Origin: a virus
IMG/VR virus record: IMGVR_UViG_3300042874_000443
Span: 93,409 to 157,408 of that record
Direction: 5' to 3' (one strand)
DNA: 64,000 bases
Of the stretch, positions 18,658 to 28,774 are shown one piece after another (position 1 is the stretch's first letter; each line of letters starts with the position of its first letter). Position numbers and translations under genes: made by a program. Under the pieces are notes generated by a model. That model was not told the DNA's origin. It ran no database searches and saw only the letters and a list, made by a program, of their open reading frames with translations.

Positions 18658-20651
18658 TAGGTACCTTCAGCCTGTACAACAATGTCGATGGCGTTGGCAA
18701 CGTAACGAAGCGTCCGCGGCGTCACGCCGAGCCCGTCCAGTTGGAGCGCGGGGCCGTCGATCTGTTTGGAAGGCTCGACGTTGACCACGTCGACCGTCTG
18801 GTACGACATCACATCGCCCGTCGGGGCACGCAGCGCGTAGAAGATCGTCAAGATGGGCTGCCCTGATGCCAGCGGTACGATGTTGGCGATCGTGGGGTAG
18901 GTGTTCTTGACCAACTGAATGATCGAGGACACGTCGATCGAGGCTGCGGAGGCGTCGAACGCGTTGATGTAGTCGGCAACCGTTTGCGCGACGGCGAAGT
19001 TGTCGAGCACGGTCGTCGCCGTCGACGACAGGACGTACGTGATCGTCATACTGACGACGACCGGATGATGTCCTCGCGGCAGCTGATAGGCTGCGCTGAC
19101 GCGTTCACGACGGTCGCGCACGAAGCTGTCGATCGAGGCGAACGATGCCAACGTACGATATCGCACGCGCAACTGGTATCCGTCGAAGCGCGCCTGATTG
19201 GTATCCGTTCCGACGATCACGTCCATCCACTGGGCCGCGCTCTGCGCGTACAACGGACTGTGGACGACCGTCTGGAACTGCAGGCCTTGTGTTGGCGTCT
19301 GTGCTTCGGACGGTGTCGTATTGACCTGGTTGGGGAAGTGCACAAACCCGTCGAGCGTCGACTTGAAGGCGCTCTCGGCAGGCGCGGGATTCAGGATGGC
19401 CACGTCGAGAATGTCCATGACGGGGCCGCCGGGAAGCGTGATGCGCCCCGACGTCGCCGTGCTGCGCGACGTGAGTCCTGTGGTCAACGGAACACCTCCG
19501 ATGTCCGCGAGCACGTCGTTGTACGTCGGTCCGATACGTCCGATGACGTAGTTGACCGTCGTGATAGGGGACGCTTCGTCGGTTGCGACAGGGAAGGGCG
19601 CCCGTTCGCTTATGATGAGCTGCAAGCCGTCATTCTCGATCACGAGGAATTCGGCGGGCGTAACTGGAAGCCCCGCAGTGACGCGAATGATGTCACCCGG
19701 AAGTACCGCGGCAAAGCTCACGGAGCCATCGCGAAAGATCGTCGCAACACCGTCCGGACGCGCGAAGAGCGTGTTCACTGCACCCGTGAACGACGTCTCG
19801 ACCAGCCCCGTTCGAAGGTAGATGTCGACAGCACCGCCGACATGGAACTTCAGGTTGGGCGCGATCGTCGGGACGATGTCACGCTGCATCTCGAGGTCAC
19901 CCATCCCGATGACCAAGATGCTTTCGATTCCATCGAACGTATCGTTGAGCGTCGCCTCGATCGAACGGCTGTTGATGAGGTTGCGTACCGAGATCGCCGT
20001 GGGCGCGCGTGCGAGAATCGCGTCGACCGTTTCGGGGCCCGCTCCGCCAGAAAAGGTGATCGTGCTCTCGATGTGCGAGATGTACGGATTGAACCGATCG
20101 AATGATGCGAAGAGGCCCGGCGCGATGTTGTAGGTTTCACCGGTCGCGATGGCCACCAGCGGAATCTGGAACTCGTAGTCGACGATGGACCCGTCGGCCT
20201 CCACGATCGGCACCAGCTCTGTCTTGGGGATGAACAACGTGTCCGAGCTATCCACCACGAAGATCAGCCCCTGGCTGTACGTGAACTGGATCGTGATCGG
20301 AATGAAGACGTCCACCTGTTGCGACGCGTGACCGATCGCGAAACCGCGTGCGTATCCGCCGCCCTTGGGCGTCACGAAGAAGTTCGACAGGATCGCAGTG
20401 ACAGCGTCTTGAAGCGCCGTCGTGTCTCCGCGCGTCGCGGCCTGCACACTGATGAGCGACTGCATCTGGCGGATCTGTGCCGCGTCTGCTTTCAAGAAGG
20501 CGAACACCGCGGCAAGTGCTTGCACGGTGAGGTCGCGTAACGCCGTACCCTTGCTGAAATCGCCGTCCGGGACTTGGTCGGTGAGGTACTGCTCGAGGAA
20601 ATCGGCCGCGGACGCGACATCTGTCTGGTTGATCGTGATGGCGACGGTCAT
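18657..20651 (-). CDS. Baseplate J-like wedge protein
   Basis: GTALRDL, VAIATGETYNI, GGAGPET, GGAVDIY. Confidence 0.8.
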   Translation of the reverse strand: MTVAITINQTDVASAADFLEQYLTDQVPDGDFSKGTALRDLTVQALAAVFAFLKADAAQIRQMQSLISVQAATRGDTTALQDAVTAILSNFFVTPKGGGYARGFAIGHASQQVDVFIPITIQFTYSQGLIFVVDSSDTLFIPKTELVPIVEADGSIVDYEFQIPLVAIATGETYNIAPGLFASFDRFNPYISHIESTITFSGGAGPETVDAILARAPTAISVRNLINSRSIEATLNDTFDGIESILVIGMGDLEMQRDIVPTIAPNLKFHVGGAVDIYLRTGLVETSFTGAVNTLFARPDGVATIFRDGSVSFAAVLPGDIIRVTAGLPVTPAEFLVIENDGLQLIISERAPFPVATDEASPITTVNYVIGRIGPTYNDVLADIGGVPLTTGLTSRSTATSGRITLPGGPVMDILDVAILNPAPAESAFKSTLDGFVHFPNQVNTTPSEAQTPTQGLQFQTVVHSPLYAQSAAQWMDVIVGTDTNQARFDGYQLRVRYRTLASFASIDSFVRDRRERVSAAYQLPRGHHPVVVSMTITYVLSSTATTVLDNFAVAQTVADYINAFDASAASIDVSSIIQLVKNTYPTIANIVPLASGQPILTIFYALRAPTGDVMSYQTVDVVNVEPSKQIDGPALQLDGLGVTPRTLRYVANAIDIVVQAEGT

Positions 20652-21094
20652 TGGCGTACCTCGAGCGTGGGAAGCACAATCTGAAGCTGTTGACCGGACA
20701 CGTTGGTGATGAAGATCTGCGCCGAGAACCCGGGTCCCGACGGAACCTCAATGTAGTCGGTCACCGACGCAGACGCGAGACGTTCATCGTCAGGGATCGC
20801 CGCCTTTCCTGACTGCCAACCTTGGATGGCGGTAACCGTCTTCCCGACGGCGATGTCGAGGACTTCACGCGCATCGTTGAGGACGATGTTCGTGCCGATC
20901 AAGTTCGTCAGGTTGGTGCCGTACGTAACGTCGGTCGGGTCTGTACCCACTGGGGTCAGCAGGTACTTCGCGAACATGTTCACCAGTTTCTGCAGGCCGC
21001 GTACGGCCAGTGACCGTGTTTGTCCGAACGAATAGAACCCCATCCCAGTGTACTGGGCGGCCGGCACGATCTGGATGTTCACGTCAAACGGCAT
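20648..21094 (-). CDS. Baseplate gp25/W-like sheath initiator
   Basis: GLQKL..FAKYLLTPVGTD....YGT; position before the J-like gene. Confidence 0.7.
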   Translation of the reverse strand: MPFDVNIQIVPAAQYTGMGFYSFGQTRSLAVRGLQKLVNMFAKYLLTPVGTDPTDVTYGTNLTNLIGTNIVLNDAREVLDIAVGKTVTAIQGWQSGKAAIPDDERLASASVTDYIEVPSGPGFSAQIFITNVSGQQLQIVLPTLEVRQ

Positions 21095-22204
21095 TTACGT
21101 TACCTTTCCATCCGACCATGTGCCCACTGAGAAGTCGAACGTCATAGGGGTCGCGACTACAGGAGCTTGCCCTTTGAATGCGGAGGCTACTGTATAAAGG
21201 CTTGTGCGGTGGACATCTACGGTTTGCGCGACGTTGTTCGCGTGCTGTGCTTGTCCATTTTTGATGTCCGCAACGCCTTTGTTTTGAAGCGTATTGGCGC
21301 GGTTCAACCCATTCAGCGCGTTGGCCACCGCCCCTGACGCTCGCTGTAACCCTACAGACTCGAGGATCGGCAAGATAATGTCTGCCGCTTGACTCGAGTT
21401 CGTTGAGTCTCGATGGTTCGGCCAGTAGTTCGGCACCATCGCGGTTGGACGAACAAGCACACGCAGACCGCCTGACGTAAACGCGACCTGGAGATGGAGA
21501 TGTGTGCCCTTGTGGAACCAGTTGTAATAACCACCCGTGCCGCCCACCTCGCCGATCTCATCTCCTTCTTGCACTTTCTGACCGTACGCAACAAATGTAC
21601 GGTTCATATGAAAGTACTCAGTCTGGTACCCCTGAAAATCACCATCATGACGAATAGTCACGAACATGCCGCCGAACCCGATGTTGTTGGCGACCTTCGA
21701 CGCGACTTCCTCGCCTTTGGCGTTGTACATGATCTCCTTGGCGTCATCTCCGTAGATGCCAGGGACCTGAACGCCGCCACTCTTGGACTGGAAGCCAACG
21801 AAACGAACAGTGCCGCTGGCCATCGCAAACAGTTTCTCGCCGCGTGGCGCCGTGAAATCGAGCCCCAGATGCCGCGCAGCAGAATTGACCTGTTTGTTAT
21901 ACCCCGTTGACCGAGGGTCTCCCCAACCACTCGCAACGACGCGTTCACGGTTGGGCCCCTTCGCATAGGTGCCACTCATCGCAAGTGGAGACCCAAACAG
22001 TCGCTTGAGCGGCACTGGAACTGTTTCGAAGAACCGTTTCTTGGTGACGGGGTCGTATTCAGGTGCAGGTATCGTCTGGTTCGCGTCGGACGTGACCTTT
22101 GCGCGCTGAGACGCCGCAGCGCGTGCCGCGCGTGCGCCTAGTTCATCGAAGGGCTGTTCAGCAGGGCGGACTGGGTCGCGATCCGAGGGATCGTCATTTG
22201 CCAT
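21095..22204 (-). CDS. M23-family metallo-endopeptidase, probably virion-associated
   Basis: HLGLDF, YFHM, GEVGGTG, HLHLQ. Confidence 0.85.
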   Translation of the reverse strand: MANDDPSDRDPVRPAEQPFDELGARAARAAASQRAKVTSDANQTIPAPEYDPVTKKRFFETVPVPLKRLFGSPLAMSGTYAKGPNRERVVASGWGDPRSTGYNKQVNSAARHLGLDFTAPRGEKLFAMASGTVRFVGFQSKSGGVQVPGIYGDDAKEIMYNAKGEEVASKVANNIGFGGMFVTIRHDGDFQGYQTEYFHMNRTFVAYGQKVQEGDEIGEVGGTGGYYNWFHKGTHLHLQVAFTSGGLRVLVRPTAMVPNYWPNHRDSTNSSQAADIILPILESVGLQRASGAVANALNGLNRANTLQNKGVADIKNGQAQHANNVAQTVDVHRTSLYTVASAFKGQAPVVATPMTFDFSVGTWSDGKVT

Positions 22205-22937
22205 GGACCTTCTCCACGTGCTCGATCAGCTTCGCCTTGGCGTAGCTGTACTGTCCCTGCGTCATGTTGAGCTTCTTCTGAATCTCGGTGTTCGAGAGTT
22301 GCGTGGCGCCGCCGTAGCCTGTCAGGTGTTCGAAGATCGCTTTCTGCTGGGGAGCCAATCCGTGGTGGATGAAGTCGACGACGTGGTCTTGCTTGTCGGC
22401 GTCGTAGAGCCCGGCATCGCCCGTTTCGAACAAGCCGCCTGACTCGAGCAGTTCCTTGCGCCCGATCGACTTGCGGTACTCCTCGACACGATGAACCGGC
22501 CAACCGAGATGATCGGAAAGCTCGTCAGTTGTAGGCGCGCGTCCGTGCGCGTCCGCGAGGTCCGAGTGCGCCACGTTGTAGCTGTGGTAGAGCAGCATCT
22601 TGTTCTCGGGAAGCCGCGCGACGTTCTGGTTCGCGTAGCTCAAGCGAGACATGCGTTGCAGCTGGTTGACCACGTGCGTGCCGAGCGCTGCGCCCTTGTT
22701 CGGGTCGTAGCTGTGGAACGCTTCCATCGCGAGACGCTTGCCTTCCGTCTCGAGAAGCGGACGCGCGAGCGTCCCCGACCACTTGTTGACCTCGCGATGG
22801 ATGAGCGGTGAGACCTGCCCCAGGAGCGCGCTCGCATGCGCGTCTGTGGGCTTGTCCTTCCACGTCTTCCACGCATCCATGTCGGACTGTTGCCGTCCGG
22901 TTGCTGCGAGCTTGGTGATGGCGGACAACGCGTTCAT
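22194..22937 (-). CDS. RNA polymerase sigma-70 family factor (group 3-like)
   Basis: AFHSYDPNKGAALGTHV (region 2), GRAPTTDELSDHLGW (region 3), C-terminal HTH (region 4). Confidence 0.82.
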   Translation of the reverse strand: MNALSAITKLAATGRQQSDMDAWKTWKDKPTDAHASALLGQVSPLIHREVNKWSGTLARPLLETEGKRLAMEAFHSYDPNKGAALGTHVVNQLQRMSRLSYANQNVARLPENKMLLYHSYNVAHSDLADAHGRAPTTDELSDHLGWPVHRVEEYRKSIGRKELLESGGLFETGDAGLYDADKQDHVVDFIHHGLAPQQKAIFEHLTGYGGATQLSNTEIQKKLNMTQGQYSYAKAKLIEHVEKVHGK

Positions 22938-25900
22938 GTGCGGGGTGCCAGTTTGGTTTGGACGTTGGTCTTGTAGGCGAGCAGTGCTTCATCCCAGTTG
23001 GCGCGCGTCTGTGGAAAGTTGTCCGCAGTGAGACCCGGTGCCGTAAGACCTGCGAGCCCGTCGGCGCCTGTCGGTGGAAAGAAGTCGGCTGGCGGCGACG
23101 TGAACGAGCGGATGCGGTCGAAGTAACGTGCGCCGACGCTGCGCGCGTGGCCGAAGGCCGGGATCTGCCCTTCGCCCGCCGAGTTGTAGAAGATGATGTA
23201 TTCGTCGAGCGAGCAGATGGGGCGCCAGTTGTACCGCAACGCGGCGTCCCGGCTTTCGAACAATTGTGACGCCGCGGACGCCGGTACCAAGGTGCGTGTG
23301 TCGGTGAGGTTGTGCTCGACACGCGTGGTTCCGGTTGTACCGGCGTTGTTGGCCGTCCCTTGCACGATTTGGAGCGCTTGGTTGATGCGAAGGTCGAGTG
23401 ATGTCAGCTGCGTCTTTAGAAATCCGATCTGAACGTTGAGACTCGCGATGTTGGCGGTCAGCTGTGCGCGTGCAGCGGTTTGAACGGTCGAGACAAAGTC
23501 GTTGGGGTCCTCGCTCGTAGTATCGCTGGCAGCATCGAGTGGCTTGATCGCAGCGAGCGAACGTGTGGCGCCGAGCAGCTCGGACTGCCGGCTCATGAGG
23601 GTTGCGCTCGTCGTATTCCGCAACGGCGTCAGGTCCGCGATGGTCTTGGCCGCAGCGACGTTCGCGTCTTGCGATTCCACATCGGGACCGTCGACGAAGA
23701 TGGGATCGGGTGCTCCGTTGGGAATAGGGGATTCGTACGCCAAGATCTTTCGGAAATCGAAAGCCGCGTCCTTACCGAAAAGCGGCTGGGCTCCGTAGAA
23801 CAGCTTCTGGTAGTACTCCTCCGCCTGCAGGAAGGACTGTGTGATCTTGCTGATGTCGCGCACGGGTTCTTGGGGCGCCGTTCCGCGCGCTGTTGCATCG
23901 TTGCGCGAGAACTCGTCCGCCAGCAGTTCGAACATCTCTTGGAACTGACGTCCGTACATGTACGAAAGCGTCGTGCCGCGTTGACCGCTATGGTCCATTC
24001 GATGTTGGACCGTCGTGATGTAGACGACAAGGTCAACACGTGATGCGCGTTGGTCGAATAATACACCGGGGAACCCTGGAACTACGTACGGGTTCCAAAC
24101 AACATTCGCTGACCCCGTACGCTTGGCGTAACGCTCACGGAAGTACTCGAACTTCGCATACAGGTGATAGACGTCTTCGTTGCCTGCCGTGATCTCGTTG
24201 AGCTGCGTAGCTGTCGCGTTGGAAACGACGGGGGCCGGAGGTGCTGTCGGAGACGTTGATGCGTCGGGCGGCGTTGCAGGCGCAGTCGTCGCGGGTGGCG
24301 ACGGTAGCGCGCTCTTGTCGCTTTGCGAAATCGTGATTCCCGTCGCGCCCGGAAGCACGGCGCCGGCTGCAGTCGCGTTGTTGAGCGCTTTTTTCTGGAG
24401 ACCGTTCGCGGTCTTCAACGCTTCGAAGTAGAACTCTTCCCAGTCCCTGGGCGCGTGTCCCAACGACAACTTCACCTGCGGCAAGATCGAGGCGGCGTAC
24501 GCAGGTAGGTTGTGTCCGCGAAACTTGGTCAGCCGCCACATATCTGCTTCGGACCACGAGATGCCGACCGACTTGGCGAGCGTGTCGGCGATCCCGCGCT
24601 TCACCATGATGTACTCGAGCCCGCATGTGATCGAGGTCGTGTCTGCTTGTACGAACGTCGGTTTGTCGACGATCAATGCGGGGTCCACGCCATTGGGAAA
24701 ACTCTTCGTACGGAGCTTCGCGCACTCCTCGGGCAAAAGTTGGAAGTAGCCCTTGGCGTGGTCTCCGTCAGTCGAATACCGCCGGCCGCCCGTTTCAATG
24801 TTGACCCAGGCGAGTGCGAACTCCGCCGGAACGCGTGTTCCACGTGCCGCGGTTGTGACTCGGTCACGAAGTTGTTCAGTGCCTGGCCAGTAGACGCGTG
24901 TGCCGTTCGGACCGATGACGCCGTTCTCGCTCTGCGTGATCATCGGCCCATTGCCCGACGGTCCGGTGGTCGGACGGGGCGGTGTTGGCGGTGGAATCGC
25001 GCCTGTCTGTGTGGGCGCAGCCACAGGAGCGGCTACGGAGTTGTCCGACGTGCCGGTCGTGTTGTTCGGCGTCGCAGTCTGCGCGGTGCTCTTGCCCTTC
25101 AGCTCTGACTGCTTGAGGAAGAAGAGCCACGGTGGAACCTTGCGACGGTCCATCACTGGGCCCTTGAAGAACTCCTCGGGGTAGAGGAGGAAGTTCTTGC
25201 CGTTGAACTTCGGATGGTCTTTGTCGCGCTCCTTGCTGCGCAGGTCTGCTGCCGGTGGATACGCGACGGCGAGCGCGTTCATGATCGTCTCATTGAGTCC
25301 GCCCTTGGGGATCTTGAGCGTCGTCGTCAACGTCTCGTCGTTGAAGTACATCCGCGTCGGCTGCGTGACGTAGTTCTCGTCGTAGGCGATGTTGAGCACC
25401 TGCGAAGGGAACATGACGTTGCACGACGGCGGGATGCTGAAGAGCATCTGCGGCTTGGGGAAGTAGTTCCCCATGCGCTTGGGCTTCAACTTCCGCTCGG
25501 CCGTCCCTTGCGAGGTGACCCAAGAACCGAACGAGTCCACCAAACGGTGTTCGCGGAAGTCCGTCGACTGTACCAACCCGCTCGCGAGATCAACGGTGAC
25601 CAACGGCATGCCAGGGATCATCGCGACCTCCATGAGCATGGTTTGGTAGACCATCTGGATCATGTCCCAGATCGAGCCTGCGTTCTGTAGGTTCGGGATC
25701 AGGTCCTTGATGATGACGTCGACCGCCGTGACGTTTTGCGTCGCCTGCAGCACAGGGAAGACGTTCGAGTTTTCGACCTCGTCGAAGAACGGCGACGCGA
25801 TGAAGCGGTTCTGGAAGTTGGTGATGCGGGCCCAGCGTGTGAAGAAGTTCGCCGCTGGCACCGTGCGGATGTTCGTCGGGATGACCGCGTCCATCATTCC

Positions 25901-26458
25901 GCGCACGGTGTTGTAGAGAAAGTCGAAGGGCCGCTTGATGTCTGCGCCCGCCTGTCCTTGCCCAGGCAGAAGTCCTTGTTTGAAGAGCGCGAAGGGGTAG
26001 ACGAGATTGCTCGAGGCGTTGGGGATGGTGGTCGTGTCCGCAGGTCCCGACGCGTGCCCGACCATGTCGTCGAGCGTCGTCATGAACTGCACGAAAAGTT
26101 GTGTGAAGAGCGCGATCTGGTTGACGACCGTGAAGATGATCGAACGTCCACCTGACGTATTGCGATACCCCCATCCCGTGATCTCGCCTTCGCCGAAGAG
26201 GCGGAACGCAGGTGCTACGCTCGGGTCGACGTCGCAGTCGTCGTAGTAGAACACCGCGACTTGAACACGGTCCTGCGAACCCAAACGCACGAGCACAGGG
26301 TCCGCCGCCATCTCAATCTGCATCTCCGGGATCTGCCAGACGCCATAGCGGAGCGAGGCGGACTTCGCGGGGACCTCGAGCCCGTTGATGTAGACGATGA
26401 ACGTGGCCTGATGGGGCGCGCTCGATCCGAACACCGCGTTGGACGCAGGTGCGGTCAC
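22934..26458 (-). CDS. Baseplate hub-like protein with an inserted lysozyme/SLT domain
   Basis: VYINGLEVP N-terminus, WNPYVVPGFPG; insert WVNIETGG...AKGYFQ flanked by P/T linkers. Confidence 0.7.
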   Translation of the reverse strand: MTAPASNAVFGSSAPHQATFIVYINGLEVPAKSASLRYGVWQIPEMQIEMAADPVLVRLGSQDRVQVAVFYYDDCDVDPSVAPAFRLFGEGEITGWGYRNTSGGRSIIFTVVNQIALFTQLFVQFMTTLDDMVGHASGPADTTTIPNASSNLVYPFALFKQGLLPGQGQAGADIKRPFDFLYNTVRGMMDAVIPTNIRTVPAANFFTRWARITNFQNRFIASPFFDEVENSNVFPVLQATQNVTAVDVIIKDLIPNLQNAGSIWDMIQMVYQTMLMEVAMIPGMPLVTVDLASGLVQSTDFREHRLVDSFGSWVTSQGTAERKLKPKRMGNYFPKPQMLFSIPPSCNVMFPSQVLNIAYDENYVTQPTRMYFNDETLTTTLKIPKGGLNETIMNALAVAYPPAADLRSKERDKDHPKFNGKNFLLYPEEFFKGPVMDRRKVPPWLFFLKQSELKGKSTAQTATPNNTTGTSDNSVAAPVAAPTQTGAIPPPTPPRPTTGPSGNGPMITQSENGVIGPNGTRVYWPGTEQLRDRVTTAARGTRVPAEFALAWVNIETGGRRYSTDGDHAKGYFQLLPEECAKLRTKSFPNGVDPALIVDKPTFVQADTTSITCGLEYIMVKRGIADTLAKSVGISWSEADMWRLTKFRGHNLPAYAASILPQVKLSLGHAPRDWEEFYFEALKTANGLQKKALNNATAAGAVLPGATGITISQSDKSALPSPPATTAPATPPDASTSPTAPPAPVVSNATATQLNEITAGNEDVYHLYAKFEYFRERYAKRTGSANVVWNPYVVPGFPGVLFDQRASRVDLVVYITTVQHRMDHSGQRGTTLSYMYGRQFQEMFELLADEFSRNDATARGTAPQEPVRDISKITQSFLQAEEYYQKLFYGAQPLFGKDAAFDFRKILAYESPIPNGAPDPIFVDGPDVESQDANVAAAKTIADLTPLRNTTSATLMSRQSELLGATRSLAAIKPLDAASDTTSEDPNDFVSTVQTAARAQLTANIASLNVQIGFLKTQLTSLDLRINQALQIVQGTANNAGTTGTTRVEHNLTDTRTLVPASAASQLFESRDAALRYNWRPICSLDEYIIFYNSAGEGQIPAFGHARSVGARYFDRIRSFTSPPADFFPPTGADGLAGLTAPGLTADNFPQTRANWDEALLAYKTNVQTKLAPRT

Positions 26459-26949
26459 TGCACGGCCTTTGCAAGACAGAGCGCGGCAGCAAGCGTGCAC
26501 GTACGGTAACGCGGGTACTGCGCGATGGCGTAGAACCGCAGGAAATTGACGTAGGGCTCGGGAATGGTCTGGATCGTCGAAAGCGAATCGAGCGCGGGTT
26601 TGATGAGGTAGCGGTTCAGGCGCATGTCTCCATCGATCTCGAGGAATCGCCGACGCTCACACACGTTCGACTCCAAGACGCCCGGCGGCAAGTCGATGAG
26701 CTTGTACAAGATCGCGCCGATCTCCGTTTCGAACGCCATCTGCAACGCGACACGCGCGCCTCGTACCAAGTCATGCGTCGTCGTGAGAGAGAACAGAAAG
26801 CGCTGCCGCAACTGCTCGAGTGCGTACGTCGCCATCGGTTGCTGCAACGCCGCTTCGAAGGGCGTGGATATCCCTATCCAACAACCATCTGCGTCTTCGG
26901 TCGGCGGCGGGCCCCCGAAGAAGAACGGGAATGTGAATGGGTAAAGCAT
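26455..26949 (-). CDS. Hypothetical protein (tail module)
   Basis: GTGA overlap with the hub gene. Confidence 0.55.
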   Translation of the reverse strand: MLYPFTFPFFFGGPPPTEDADGCWIGISTPFEAALQQPMATYALEQLRQRFLFSLTTTHDLVRGARVALQMAFETEIGAILYKLIDLPPGVLESNVCERRRFLEIDGDMRLNRYLIKPALDSLSTIQTIPEPYVNFLRFYAIAQYPRYRTCTLAAALCLAKAVQ

Positions 26950-26958
26950 GGCGGGGAA

Positions 26959-27798
26959 CTATTCCTGAACTTCGATCCACGAGGCTAGGTAGATCGATCC
27001 CGACGGGGCAAAGCCTACGTCGGTCGTATAGAGCGCTCGAATCAGGTCACCTGCTACGTAGGTATCGATGCCGGCAGCTTGTGTTGCGAAACCGCCCTCT
27101 TGGTTCGAGCCTGACGTGTGTACGACGATCAATGTGCCAGGGATGCCATTGATTGCGATCTGCGCGGTGAGCGTTCCGCCGGTGACACCTGGGCCACCTG
27201 GTTCAGTGATTGTCGAGAGTCCAACGATGGACCCCGGACGTGTAGCGCGGAACTCACTTGTATTGGGTAGGCCTGTTCCCATCGGAGTGTTGGGGAAGCT
27301 GGGAGCGAGCGTTGCATTCGAACGCCATTGCGGAGGCAGCATGTGCCGTGAAGTTGGCGCTGCTCCGTTCGATGCTGCTGTGATGCGTCCCTGCGCGTCG
27401 ACGGTCAGGTTGACGTTGGTGTACGAGCCCGGCGTCACCGTGGTGTTTGCGAGCGCGATCGAACCGCTCCCCGTGATGGGTCCGCCGATGAGGCCGACAC
27501 CGGTACCCACCGACGTGACCGTGCCACCGCCCAGCGGTGTGTTGTTGTGCATCCACGTGTCGTCGTTGCGAAGCCACACGTAGTCCGCGACACCTGCAGG
27601 CGCGGGATCCACCGCGAGTGGCGTCATGCCCATCCACGCCGCGCCACGGGCCCACCCTTGAATGTCGAGCAACGCCTGGCAGAGTGTGATCCACTCGGAC
27701 GCAACACCCCACTGCACGGGGTTGGCGCCTGGCGGCAACGGCGCCGCGTTCATCTTGTTGATAGGAACGGTCGTGTTGTTGTAGATGAAGTTGGTCAT
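26959..27798 (-). CDS. Virion fibre/decoration-like protein
   Basis: GTVTSV..G.GL.GGPIT.SG.IAL..VTPGSYT..NLTVDAQGRITAASNG fibre-type motif. Confidence 0.65.
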   Translation of the reverse strand: MTNFIYNNTTVPINKMNAAPLPPGANPVQWGVASEWITLCQALLDIQGWARGAAWMGMTPLAVDPAPAGVADYVWLRNDDTWMHNNTPLGGGTVTSVGTGVGLIGGPITGSGSIALANTTVTPGSYTNVNLTVDAQGRITAASNGAAPTSRHMLPPQWRSNATLAPSFPNTPMGTGLPNTSEFRATRPGSIVGLSTITEPGGPGVTGGTLTAQIAINGIPGTLIVVHTSGSNQEGGFATQAAGIDTYVAGDLIRALYTTDVGFAPSGSIYLASWIEVQE

Positions 27799-28772
27799 GG
27801 CGGACTCGGGGGTGTGGGCGGGTTCGGGTCGATCGTACCCTTGATGTTGCTCGTGGCAGGTGGACCAGTGAGAAACACAGCGGCCGCTGCTACCAGTTGC
27901 TGTGCGGCGTTGAGGACACCGTTTACAACAGACGTCGGTTGCTCCGTACCTGCAACCGACACACTCGCCGGCGTTGGTGGAACAACCGCCGTTGCAATCA
28001 CCGACGTTGAGGCTGCGGTGTTGACGGGTTGCAGGGCTGCGATCGCAGCATCCGCAGACAGTTTGACGTACTGGTCGACCGTCACTTTGTTGAACGCGAT
28101 GTTCTGAAGAATCACGTACTCCTTGACGAGGAAGGAGAACGAGAAGGGCACCGCAAGCTCGTTGTCTGCGTTGAGCTGCTGCTGCTGCGAGATCAACACC
28201 CCTGAAACGATCACGGAATCGTAGCGAAGACGTGCAAGGGCACCGCGTCGCGCGAGCTGTGTGCCGCGAAGCATCAGCTGGTAGGCCTTCGCGAAGCCGG
28301 ACCGTTGGTCGTCCTGCATCGAGTTGAGTAACATGCCCGAGTACTGGAACGTCGGGGGCGACTGTCCGTAGAAGAAGGCGACATAGTCGTCTGCTAAGAC
28401 TTTGTCGACCTGCATGATCTCTTGGAACGTCTCGTTGGCCGACGACAGAAAGAAGTCGATGAAGCCGGTGCCACCAGTTGCGTTGGTTCCGAGGAGCACT
28501 TTGGCCAACGACTGCGTCGCGTCGTCACCAGGGAGTGTCGCGAGGTACTTCGATCGATCGGTGTCGCTCAGGTCTGCGACGGAGATGTAGAGGCGTGCAA
28601 GCGTGTCGCGAAACTCGGCGTCACGCGGGCTGAACTTCGCGTACTTCGGCGACATCAGCGGGTTCGTTGCGAACACGCCCGACTGCCGTGGGTTGTACTT
28701 CGCCGACACGCCGTTGGCGGTCACGAAGGGGACGTTGAAGGAGCCGCCGGATTTATCGTATGGGCCGGGCAT
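27795..28772 (-). CDS. Tail tube initiator / baseplate-hub-associated protein
   Basis: Directly after the TMP; FFYGQSP..FQYSG.LLN, VPFSFSFLV. Confidence 0.55.
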   Translation of the reverse strand: MPGPYDKSGGSFNVPFVTANGVSAKYNPRQSGVFATNPLMSPKYAKFSPRDAEFRDTLARLYISVADLSDTDRSKYLATLPGDDATQSLAKVLLGTNATGGTGFIDFFLSSANETFQEIMQVDKVLADDYVAFFYGQSPPTFQYSGMLLNSMQDDQRSGFAKAYQLMLRGTQLARRGALARLRYDSVIVSGVLISQQQQLNADNELAVPFSFSFLVKEYVILQNIAFNKVTVDQYVKLSADAAIAALQPVNTAASTSVIATAVVPPTPASVSVAGTEQPTSVVNGVLNAAQQLVAAAAVFLTGPPATSNIKGTIDPNPPTPPSPP

Positions 28773-28774
28773 CG

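Noticed and set aside
669-20105. Long antisense ORFs (669-1823, 1846-3156, 3147-4820, 14315-16240, 18984-20105)
   Set aside because: Shadow frames of high-GC3 genes; R/V/D-rich with no motifs.
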